Source: Bacilli bacterium (GTDB lineage Bacteria > Bacillota_I > Bacilli_A > RF39 > UBA660). From it: 64,000 nucleotides of DNA. The notes beneath the pieces are model-generated. The model made no database searches. It was not told where the DNA came from and was given only the letters and a program-made list of their open reading frames with translations. The position numbers and the translations under genes were made by a program. This document shows, piece by piece, positions 9,150 through 17,222 of this stretch. Numbering within the stretch: position 1 is the first letter of the stretch; the number at the start of each line of letters is the position of its first letter. Where the stretch lies: contig JAFWEE010000010.1 in the NCBI GenBank assembly GCA_017515795.1, positions 8,144 to 72,143 on the forward strand. Direction: 5' to 3'.

Positions 9150-10901
9150 ATGAAAAAGAAATTATTAATTTTTGTATCTTTTTTTCTTTTGCTTATACCA
9201 TTTACTGCTAAGGCATCAATCGATGGATTTACAATAACTAATTATGATGTAAATATCATAGTAAGTGAAAAAAACACTTTGGATATTACTGAAAAAATAA
9301 CTGTTGTATATGATCAATTATATAAACATGGAATTATTAGAGAAATACCATTAAAGTATAAATATAGTGGAACTGTTAATGGTAAAGAAGTAACAGTAAG
9401 ACAAAGACCTAAGATTAAAAATGTAACTGTTGATTATGACTATAGTAAATCAAAAGAAGAAGAGAATTTAAATTTAAAAATTGGAAAATCTTATGAATAC
9501 TGTGAAGTAGGTAAAGAATATACTTATACAATTAAATATACATATGATTTTGGTGATGATAATATTGAAGACTATGATATGGTATATTTTAATATTATAG
9601 GTACTGATTGGACTGCTAAAATAGAAAATGTATCATTTTCTATTACTATGCCAAAAGACTTTGATAGTAACAAAATAAACTTTACTACAGGTTATTATGG
9701 TAATGCTTATAATAAAGCAGCTAATTATACTGTAGAAGGTAATACTATTAAAGGATATCTAGAAGAAAAGTTTGATGGTGTTGCTCTTAATGAAAGAGAA
9801 GGCTTAACAGTTAAAATAGAACTTCCAGAAGGATATTTTACTCATGAAAGAAAGAATATAGACTTAACTTTACCAATATTACTTGGATCTATTTCTTTAA
9901 TGCTTTTAGCATTATTAAATGGATTTAGAATATTTATTAAGAATGGTTTAAGAAGAAAAACTGTATCTGTAGTTCAATATAGTGCTCCTGATGGAATGGA
10001 TCCTGCTATGTGTGGATACATATATAATGGATATGCTAAAGGAGATCATATAGTATCTTTAATAACTTATTTAGCTACTAAAGGATATTTAAAAATAATA
10101 GATGATAAAGGTAGTAAGTTTAAATTACAATACTTAAAACCATTAGATGGTAATGAACCAAATTATATAGTTACAACTTATAATGGTTTATTTAAGAAAG
10201 CTAATGAAGAAGGTATAGTAACTAAGAAGGATTTAACTAATAAATTCTATACTTCATTAAATAAAGCTATATCTCAATTAACTAAATCAAGAAAGTTATA
10301 TGATCCAAAAAGAGATGGTGTTATAGCTTATAGTATATTCTTATTAATAATATCTTTTATGTGTTCATTTTTACCTGCATTCTTTACTTATAGAGCTACT
10401 TTATTTTATAGACCATTATTAATAGTATTTATATTAACTATAGTAGTTAGTGCAATATCTTATATAATATTTGCAGCATTAAGTAAGAAAAGAACAGAAG
10501 ATGAAGAAAAAGTGTATGCTAATGTAGCAGGCTTTAGAGAATTTATTGATAAAGTAGATGTTGAAAAAATAAATACTTTAGTAGAAGATGATCCAGAATT
10601 ATTCTATAAAGTACTTCCATATGCATATGTATTTAATTTAACTAATAAATGGATTAAGAAGTTTGAATCTATTAAGTTACAACCTCCAAAATGGTATGAA
10701 GGTAATATATATGATGTTAATACAGGAAAATTTAGATATGATAAATTAACTTCTGGATTAAATTCAGTAACTGCTTCAGCTAAAACAACTATGTCTAGTA
10801 GACCATATGAATCTTATTCATCTGGAGGACATGGTGGATTCTCTGGTGGTGGAGGCTTCTCTGGTGGAGGAGGAGGCGGTGGCGGTGGCCATAGCTGGTA
10901 A
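9150..10901 (+). CDS. DUF2207-type membrane protein with Gly-rich C-terminus
   Basis: Signal peptide, extracytoplasmic domain and several TM helices, ending in GGHGGFSGGGGFSGGGGGGGGGHSW. Sits in the usual position downstream of lemA. Confidence 0.8.
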   Translation: MKKKLLIFVSFFLLLIPFTAKASIDGFTITNYDVNIIVSEKNTLDITEKITVVYDQLYKHGIIREIPLKYKYSGTVNGKEVTVRQRPKIKNVTVDYDYSKSKEEENLNLKIGKSYEYCEVGKEYTYTIKYTYDFGDDNIEDYDMVYFNIIGTDWTAKIENVSFSITMPKDFDSNKINFTTGYYGNAYNKAANYTVEGNTIKGYLEEKFDGVALNEREGLTVKIELPEGYFTHERKNIDLTLPILLGSISLMLLALLNGFRIFIKNGLRRKTVSVVQYSAPDGMDPAMCGYIYNGYAKGDHIVSLITYLATKGYLKIIDDKGSKFKLQYLKPLDGNEPNYIVTTYNGLFKKANEEGIVTKKDLTNKFYTSLNKAISQLTKSRKLYDPKRDGVIAYSIFLLIISFMCSFLPAFFTYRATLFYRPLLIVFILTIVVSAISYIIFAALSKKRTEDEEKVYANVAGFREFIDKVDVEKINTLVEDDPELFYKVLPYAYVFNLTNKWIKKFESIKLQPPKWYEGNIYDVNTGKFRYDKLTSGLNSVTASAKTTMSSRPYESYSSGGHGGFSGGGGFSGGGGGGGGGHSW

Positions 10902-11163
10902 TCTAATCAAAGAGATAGATAATACTGAAGAAGTAAGAAGATTTAAAGAATTAACAAAGATAATTAAATCTAATAAAGAATATATGTCATTAATAGATAA
11001 ATTAAATAATTCTAATAGTAATGAAGAAATAATTGTATTAAGAAAAGAATTATTTAAAATACCTGAAATAAAAGAATATATATCTTTAGAAAGTGATATA
11101 AGATTATTTGCTAAGAAAATTAGTAAAGAAATATCAGGAATAGTAGAAAAACATACTTGTTAA
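10885..11163 (+). CDS. YlbF/YmcA/YheA-like small regulator (tentative)
   Basis: Helical Lys/Glu-rich protein (EVRRFKELTKIIKSNKEYMSLIDKL...) located next to rsmD, as ylbF is in Bacillus. The track start at 10807 overlaps DUF2207 by 95 nt. A GTG at 10885 lies 8 nt after GGAGGAGGAGG. Confidence 0.5.
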   Translation: MAIAGNLIKEIDNTEEVRRFKELTKIIKSNKEYMSLIDKLNNSNSNEEIIVLRKELFKIPEIKEYISLESDIRLFAKKISKEISGIVEKHTC

Positions 11164-11201
11164 GGTATGTTTTTTTTACTATAATATTTCTAGGTGAAGA
11201 C

Positions 11202-11741
11202 ATGAAAGTAATTAGTGGATTATTAAAAGGAAGAAATATAGAAGGATTTGATATAGAAGGTACTAGACCTACTATGGATAGAGTAAAAGAATCCATTTTT
11301 AGTACTATTCAATTTAGTATAAAGGATTCTATAGTATTAGATTTATTTGCTGGTTCAGGTAACCTTGGTATAGAAGCTATATCTAATGGTGCAAATAAGT
11401 GTTATTTTGTAGATAATAATAAAGTAGCTATTAATACTATTAATAAGAATATTAAAACATTTAATATAGAGGACTCTTCTATAGTAATAAAAAATGATTT
11501 TATGGAAGCACTTCATTCACTAAAGAATATTAAATTTGATATAGTATTCTTAGATCCACCATATAAAGATAACTTTATAGATTCATCTATTAAATATTTG
11601 CTAGATAATAATATGTTAAATGAGGATGCATTAATTATCTGTGAATATAATAAAGATATTAAAATAGATTATTCAAACCTAGATGAGAAGAAAACAAAAA
11701 AGTATGGAGATAAGTTCGTAACAATCTTTAAAAAGATTTAA
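11202..11741 (+). CDS. rsmD: 16S rRNA (guanine966-N2)-methyltransferase
   Basis: MKVISGLLKGRNI...TRPTMDRVKESIFS, the SAM motif LDLFAGSGNLGIEA, and the DPPY motif (FLDPPYK). The ATG at 11202 follows AGGTGA. Confidence 0.85.
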   Translation: MKVISGLLKGRNIEGFDIEGTRPTMDRVKESIFSTIQFSIKDSIVLDLFAGSGNLGIEAISNGANKCYFVDNNKVAINTINKNIKTFNIEDSSIVIKNDFMEALHSLKNIKFDIVFLDPPYKDNFIDSSIKYLLDNNMLNEDALIICEYNKDIKIDYSNLDEKKTKKYGDKFVTIFKKI

Positions 11742-11742
11742 T

Positions 11743-11817
11743 TGCCCCATAGCCAAGTGGTAAGGCTCCGGACTCTGACTCCGGCACGCGTAAGTTCGAA
11801 TCTTACTGGGGCAGCCA
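11743..11817 (+). tRNA. tRNA-Gln (anticodon CTG), CCA encoded
   Basis: U1-A72 acceptor TGCCCCA/TGGGGCA, discriminator G, anticodon stem CCGGA/TCCGG with loop CTCTGAC, T-loop GTTCGAATC. Confidence 0.85.
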
Positions 11818-11827
11818 TATGTAAAGC

Positions 11828-11855
11828 AGACATTTGTAAACCAAATGTCTTTTAT
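11828..11855 (+). terminator. terminator after tRNA-Gln
   Basis: AGACATTTG-TAAAC-CAAATGTCT followed by TTT. Confidence 0.5.
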
Positions 11856-11912
11856 ATTGCAAGTAAATGTAAATAGTAATAGAATTATAATTGAAAGAAG
11901 GGAATTTTAAAA

Positions 11913-12821
11913 ATGAATGAAGATTTTAATTCAATTAACAATGAAGTAAACAATGAAGTTAATACTACACCAATTGATCATCCAATTAACAATCCAATAG
12001 AAAGACCAGTAGAACCAACTCCTACAGTAACTACACCACCTAAAAAGGGTAATGGAGGTAAAGTAGTAATAGTTATACTAATTATTCTATTATTAGGAGC
12101 TATAGGATATATTCTATATTCAAATGGTGTATTTGGTGGTGAAACAAAAGAAACAAAAACTACTGAAAAGAGTACAAAAAACAAAGATAAGAATGCTACT
12201 ACTGAAAAAGAAGATGAAGGACAATCAATTAAATTCGATTTTACCAAATATGAAGAAGAAGTAGCAATGAACCCAGTTGAGATAGGAACATTAAAGATAA
12301 ATAATGCTGACTATAAAATAGAGTTTTTAAGAGTATATTGCAATTCAACTATATCTTTACCTGAGGAATGTAATTATGACAAAGGGGCATATATAAATAT
12401 ATTCCTTATAAATAGTAAACAAGGTATACTTAATTCTGATTTAAGTATTAAAGAAGTATCTGTTTTAGATGATAGATATATATTAGTTGATACAGGAACA
12501 TATGGAGATAGAACCCCATCTTTTGGAGATTCAATGGTTATTCTTGATTCACAAAATGAATTTAAGCAAGTTAAAGATGTCGTTGATTCCCGTGTATATG
12601 ATGGATATGTTGAAGATAATGGTAAAGGTGCAGCAAAAACTAGAACTATTGGATATGTAGATAGTAACACATTTACATATGGTACATTTGAAGAAATAAG
12701 TTCAGGTACTGAATGTTCACAAAGATACATTGAATATACTGTTAAAGTTAAAGATGGCAAATTTACTAAGGAAAAAACATTTACTAAAGACGGAGTTCAA
12801 TGCTCAGCTCAATGTAGTTAA
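11913..12821 (+). CDS. hypothetical type II membrane protein (Pro-rich N-terminus, one TM helix, Cys-containing extracytoplasmic domain)
   Basis: 302-aa ORF with an AAGGGA RBS. TM helix VVIVILIILLLGAIGYILY. No family recognised. Confidence 0.65.
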   Translation: MNEDFNSINNEVNNEVNTTPIDHPINNPIERPVEPTPTVTTPPKKGNGGKVVIVILIILLLGAIGYILYSNGVFGGETKETKTTEKSTKNKDKNATTEKEDEGQSIKFDFTKYEEEVAMNPVEIGTLKINNADYKIEFLRVYCNSTISLPEECNYDKGAYINIFLINSKQGILNSDLSIKEVSVLDDRYILVDTGTYGDRTPSFGDSMVILDSQNEFKQVKDVVDSRVYDGYVEDNGKGAAKTRTIGYVDSNTFTYGTFEEISSGTECSQRYIEYTVKVKDGKFTKEKTFTKDGVQCSAQCS

Positions 12822-12824
12822 TAA

Positions 12825-12852
12825 AATAAACACGTAAGTGTTTATTTTTTTT
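12825..12852 (+). terminator. rho-independent terminator, copy 1 of an identical 28-nt element
   Basis: AATAAACAC-GTAA-GTGTTTATT followed by a T-run. Identical to 13586..13613. Confidence 0.6.
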
Positions 12853-12924
12853 GTTTTAAGTGTTATAATGTATTTACAGTAAAAAAGATAAAAGGTTGTA
12901 TTATATATTTTAGGAGTATTTATT

Positions 12925-13587
12925 ATGGCAAAGAAAAATAATAAAAAAGAGAATAAAAAGAAGAAAAAATATTTTTATAGATTTGTAAAAAGGTTCTTTG
13001 ATATATTCTGTTCAATATTTGGAATTATATTTATGATACCTGTAATGATATTTGTTAAGATTTGTTATTTATGTATAGGAGATACTAAATCTATATTCTA
13101 TACTCATAATAGAATTGGTAAAAATGGTAAAATTATTAAATTAATTAAGTTTAGAAGTATGATATGGAATGCAGATGAGGTATTACATAATGTTCTTTTA
13201 AAACAAAAGAAGTATAAAGAAGAATGGGATAAATATCAAAAATTAAATGATGATCCTAGAATTACTAAAGTAGGTAAATTACTTAGAAAAACATCACTTG
13301 ATGAACTTCCTCAATTCATTAATGTATTAAAAGGAGATATGTCTCTAATTGGACCTAGACCTTTAATAGAAGGAGAATTAGATGCTCATAAAGGTAATCA
13401 TGAAATATATGAAAGTGTAAGACCTGGAATATCTGGTTGGTGGGCTGCTAATGGAAGAAGTGCAACAGACTATGAAAAGAGATTAGAACTTGAATATTAT
13501 TACTGTGAAAATTGTAGTTTACTTCTTGATATAAGATGTATATTTAAAACAATTAAAGTAGTACTATTTAGAGATGGAGCAAAATAA
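12925..13587 (+). CDS. undecaprenyl-phosphate sugar-phosphate transferase (small bacterial sugar transferase family; priming enzyme)
   Basis: KRFFDIFCSIFGIIF...PVMIFV, RIGKNGK-IK-KFRSM, DPRITKVGKLLRKTSLDELPQFINVLKGDMSLIGPRP. Confidence 0.9.
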   Translation: MAKKNNKKENKKKKKYFYRFVKRFFDIFCSIFGIIFMIPVMIFVKICYLCIGDTKSIFYTHNRIGKNGKIIKLIKFRSMIWNADEVLHNVLLKQKKYKEEWDKYQKLNDDPRITKVGKLLRKTSLDELPQFINVLKGDMSLIGPRPLIEGELDAHKGNHEIYESVRPGISGWWAANGRSATDYEKRLELEYYYCENCSLLLDIRCIFKTIKVVLFRDGAK

Positions 13588-13613
13588 TAAACACGTAAGT
13601 GTTTATTTTTTTT
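13586..13613 (+). terminator. rho-independent terminator, copy 2 of the identical 28-nt element
   Basis: Same 28 nt as 12825..12852 (AATAAACACGTAAGTGTTTATTTTTTTT). Confidence 0.6.
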
Positions 13614-13651
13614 ATATTTTCTAGTATAATGAAATTAGTATAGGAGGATGA

Positions 13652-14659
13652 ATGAGAAATATACTAGTAACTGGTGGAACTGGATATATTGGTTCACACA
13701 CAGTAGTCGAATTACTCGAAAGAGGAGATAATGTTATTATTGTTGATAACTTATCAAATAGTAAGATAGAGGTTTTAGATGCTATAAAGGAGATAACTAA
13801 TAAAGATGCTAAATTCTATAATATTAATTATTTAGATAGAGAAGCATTAGAAAAAGTATTTGAAGAGAATAAAATAGACGCTGTTATTAATTTTGCTGGA
13901 TATAAGGCAGTAGGGGAATCAGTTAAAAAACCATTGGAGTATTATGAAAATAATGTTTCAGGTGCTATAGTTTTACTTGAAACTATGCAAAAATATGGAG
14001 TTAAGGAATTTGTATTTAGTTCATCTGCAACTATATATGGAGAACAAGAAGTAACTAAATATGTAGAAACTATGAAAAGAGGTATTCCATCTAGTCCATA
14101 TGGTGTTACTAAAGTTATGATTGAAGAAATCTTAGAAAGTTTATATAAAGCAGATCCTGAATGGAAAATATCTATTCTTAGATATTTTAATCCAGTAGGA
14201 GCTCATCCAAGTGGACTTATTGGAGAAGACCCAGATGGTATACCAAATAATTTAATGCCATATATTCAAAGAGTAGCTAATAAACAATTAGCAGAACTAA
14301 CAATATTTGGTAATGATTATCCAACACCAGATGGGACTTGCCTTAGAGATTACCTACATGTAGTTGATCTCGCTAAAGGTCATTTAAAAGCATTAGATTA
14401 TTTAGATAAATCAGATAATGGAATATATATTCATAATCTTGGCACTGGAAATCCAAAGAGTGTACTTGATATAGTTAATGCATTTATTAAAGTTAATAAT
14501 ATAGATGTACCATATAAATTTGGACCAAGAAGAGAAGGAGATTTACCTGAATTCTATGCAGATCCATCTAAAGCAGAAAGAGAACTTGGTTGGAAAGCAG
14601 AAAAATCATTAGAAGACATGTGTAGAGATTCTTGGAATTATCAAAAGAATAAACAATAA
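13652..14659 (+). CDS. galE: UDP-glucose 4-epimerase
   Basis: ILVTGGTGYIGSHT Rossmann motif, SSSATIYG, the YGVTK catalytic YxxxK, and DGTCLRDYLHVVDLA. Confidence 0.92.
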   Translation: MRNILVTGGTGYIGSHTVVELLERGDNVIIVDNLSNSKIEVLDAIKEITNKDAKFYNINYLDREALEKVFEENKIDAVINFAGYKAVGESVKKPLEYYENNVSGAIVLLETMQKYGVKEFVFSSSATIYGEQEVTKYVETMKRGIPSSPYGVTKVMIEEILESLYKADPEWKISILRYFNPVGAHPSGLIGEDPDGIPNNLMPYIQRVANKQLAELTIFGNDYPTPDGTCLRDYLHVVDLAKGHLKALDYLDKSDNGIYIHNLGTGNPKSVLDIVNAFIKVNNIDVPYKFGPRREGDLPEFYADPSKAERELGWKAEKSLEDMCRDSWNYQKNKQ

Positions 14660-14681
14660 TATATTATGTTAGTTTACATTA

Positions 14682-14717
14682 AACAGTAAATATACTATAA
14701 TATTTATTGTTTTTTTA
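14682..14717 (+). terminator. rho-independent terminator after galE
   Basis: AACAGTAAATAT-ACTATA-ATATTTATTGTT (one G-U pair) followed by TTTTT. Confidence 0.5.
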
Positions 14718-14746
14718 TTATATAATTGTATTAGAGGTTGGAATAT

Positions 14747-16810
14747 ATGAAAAAGAAAGTACAAAAAGTTAAGAAAAATCTTATTCAATCTATTAAAGAA
14801 ATAAATTTTAAAAAGATTCTTCATGATTGTATACACTTTATTAAATATAATAGAGTCTTTTTATCATATGTTATTTTATCTTTAATTAGTTGTAAATTAC
14901 TGAGATTGTTTACTATAGAAGATGGTATTAATATAAAAGCATTCCTATTTGATTTAGCTTTTATTCTTATACTTGGTAGTTTTGGTTATTTCTTTAAACC
15001 AAAGAATCAATTTAAATATTGGCTTATTATATTAGGATTCTTTACTATTATAAATACTATAAATGGAATGTATTATATGTTCTTTACATCTTTTGCATCT
15101 TTTTCATTGTTAGAAACTTTTGCACAAACATTTACTGTTAGTGATTCAGTAGTAGCAAAACTTTCATATAAGACATTTGTATATATAATACTTTTATTAA
15201 TATTTATTATTCATAGAGAAGTTCTTAAAAAGAAAAAGTATTATTATACTGTTGAAAAAGTTGAAAAAAGAAAAAAGATATTACCTGGAGTATTAATAAC
15301 AGGAGCAGTTATTTTATTTATAAGTATTGGTATGCTTAATAAAACAGATTTATCAAGATTAAGAAAACAATGGAATAGAGAATATATTGTTGAAAGATAT
15401 GGTATTCTTGTATATCAAGAAAATGATTTAGTACAAACAATTAAAACTAAATTAGATGCTACTTTTGGTAAAGATAAAGCAGCAGAGGAATTTATTAATT
15501 ATTTCAATGAAAATACAAGACCAAAAAGTAATAATGAATATACTAATAAATTAGAGGGCTATAATGTAATAGTTATTCATTTAGAAAGTATGATGGATTT
15601 CTTAATAGGCCTTGAAATAAATGGTCAAGAAGTAACTCCAAATCTAAATAAGCTAACAAAAGAATCTATGTATTTTGATAATTTTTATTCACAAGTAAGT
15701 GTAGGAACTTCATCAGATGCAGAATTTACTTTAAATACAAGTTTACTTCCTGCACAATCAGGTACTGTAGCAGTTTCTTATTATAATAGAAACTATGTTT
15801 CATTAGAAAAATTATTAAATGAAAAGAAATATTATACTTTCTCTATGCATGGTAATAAAGCTACTATGTGGAATAGACAAAACTTACATAATTCTCTAGG
15901 ATATGAAAGATTCTATAGTCAAGATGATTATGATATAGATGAGGTAATAGGACTTGGTTTATCAGATAAATCATTCTTTAGACAATCAGAAGAAAAATTA
16001 CTTGAAATAAGTAATATGGTAAATGATTCTGATAAATATAATAATTATTTTGGAACTATATTAATGCTTTCTAATCATACTCCATTTGAAGATCCATATT
16101 ATCTAGAGGGAGAAAACGCATTTGACGTTAGATATCATACTGGAAGATATGATGAAGAAGGTAATGAAATAATATATGATTATTTACTTGATGAAAATAT
16201 GGAAACATTAGGTAGATATATAAGAAGTGCTCACTATGCTGATGAAGCTCTTGGAGAATACATGGAATATGTTAAAACTCATGATGAATATAATAAAACA
16301 GTATTTGTTATGTATGGTGATCATGCTGCACAAATAGGTAAGAGTGAATTTGGTTATTATCATAATTATAATTTTGAAACAGGAGAGTATTATACAAAAG
16401 ATGATGAAAATTATGTAGATTATGACTATTATTCAAATGAAGTATTTAAAAAGGTTCCATTAATTATATATACTAAAGATAATTCTATTAAACCAGATAA
16501 GATATCTTATCCAATGGGTATGATAGATGTATTACCAACTATTGGTAATATGATTGGTATATATAATAAATATGCTTTAGGAAATGATATATTTGAGGTA
16601 AAAGATGACAATGTAGTAGTATTCCCAAATAGTAATTTCTTAACAAAAGATGTTTATTATTATGCTACTTCAGATAATTATAAAATATTAAATCCAGATG
16701 CACAATTAAGTGCAGATTATGTAGAAGAAAAGAAAGATTATGCAGAATTAATAATAAAAGAATCAAATGATTTAATATTATATAATTTAATAGAATATAC
16801 TAAAGAATAA
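14747..16810 (+). CDS. LTA synthase/sulfatase-family membrane protein (phosphoglycerol-transferase-like)
   Basis: Five N-terminal TM helices, then a sulfatase-type domain (VIVIHLESM, GTSSDAEF, SMHGN, MYGDH). The ATG at 14747 lies downstream of AGAGG, while the track start at 14738 is TTG. Confidence 0.85.
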   Translation: MKKKVQKVKKNLIQSIKEINFKKILHDCIHFIKYNRVFLSYVILSLISCKLLRLFTIEDGINIKAFLFDLAFILILGSFGYFFKPKNQFKYWLIILGFFTIINTINGMYYMFFTSFASFSLLETFAQTFTVSDSVVAKLSYKTFVYIILLLIFIIHREVLKKKKYYYTVEKVEKRKKILPGVLITGAVILFISIGMLNKTDLSRLRKQWNREYIVERYGILVYQENDLVQTIKTKLDATFGKDKAAEEFINYFNENTRPKSNNEYTNKLEGYNVIVIHLESMMDFLIGLEINGQEVTPNLNKLTKESMYFDNFYSQVSVGTSSDAEFTLNTSLLPAQSGTVAVSYYNRNYVSLEKLLNEKKYYTFSMHGNKATMWNRQNLHNSLGYERFYSQDDYDIDEVIGLGLSDKSFFRQSEEKLLEISNMVNDSDKYNNYFGTILMLSNHTPFEDPYYLEGENAFDVRYHTGRYDEEGNEIIYDYLLDENMETLGRYIRSAHYADEALGEYMEYVKTHDEYNKTVFVMYGDHAAQIGKSEFGYYHNYNFETGEYYTKDDENYVDYDYYSNEVFKKVPLIIYTKDNSIKPDKISYPMGMIDVLPTIGNMIGIYNKYALGNDIFEVKDDNVVVFPNSNFLTKDVYYYATSDNYKILNPDAQLSADYVEEKKDYAELIIKESNDLILYNLIEYTKE

Positions 16811-16839
16811 GGAAATTATATTTATAATTTCCTTTTTTT
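16811..16839 (+). terminator. rho-independent terminator
   Basis: GGAAATTATA..TATAATTTCC followed by TTTTTTT. Confidence 0.45.
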
Positions 16840-16889
16840 ATTTTACATATAAAGCATTTTTGTTATAATTATATTACAGGGAGGAAATT

Positions 16890-17222
16890 ATGTTAGAATT
16901 TATTTGTTATTTTATGCCATCTTTTATATCGTTAAAAATATATAATTATTTAAATAAAAAAGAGTTTAAAGTAAAAGATTATTTTATTTATTATGGTATT
17001 TTTACAGTACTTAATAATATAATTGTATTATCTATTATATGCTTTAAAAATTATAATGAAATATTATATTTTGATAGAGTAGGAATTACTTACTTATTTA
17101 AATATTTAATTATGATGATTGTATCATCAATTATTACACCATTTATTGTATCTATTATTGAATCTAATGTTAAATTTAGACTAGAGGTTAAAAAAAGTGA
17201 AAAACCTAAAAAAAATAAGTAA
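16890..17222 (+). CDS. small membrane protein with 3 TM helices; possibly the detached N-terminus of the next gene
   Basis: 110-aa hydrophobic ORF with a GGGAGG RBS. Overlaps the next ORF across A-runs (see findings). Confidence 0.5.
   Translation: MLEFICYFMPSFISLKIYNYLNKKEFKVKDYFIYYGIFTVLNNIIVLSIICFKNYNEILYFDRVGITYLFKYLIMMIVSSIITPFIVSIIESNVKFRLEVKKSEKPKKNK

Noticed and set aside
10807-10884. Track start (10807) for the ylbF-like ORF
   Set aside because: It would overlap the DUF2207 gene by 95 nt and translate the Gly-codon tract in another frame (LVVEASLVEEEAVAVA). The GTG at 10885 with the upstream GGAGG repeats is more plausible.
10850-10895. G-quadruplex-forming element in the G-rich tract
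   Set aside because: The G runs are mostly 2-3 nt and are fully explained by Gly codons and the downstream RBS. There is no regular four-run G3+ pattern.
11743-11912. Integrative element or prophage at tRNA-Gln
   Set aside because: There is no integrase, excisionase or phage gene, and I saw no repeat of the tRNA 3' end anywhere in the downstream locus. Only the positional argument remains (see finding).
11978-12760. Two antisense ORFs (11978..12247 and 12374..12760) opposite the 302-aa membrane-protein gene
   Set aside because: They are antisense to a better ORF with an RBS and terminator. They show low-complexity Ser/Val/Leu composition and no start context.
12825-13613. CRISPR-like or REP array
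   Set aside because: Only two copies of the 28-mer occur in the window, 761 bp apart. Each works as a terminator hairpin directly after a stop codon. There are no cas genes.
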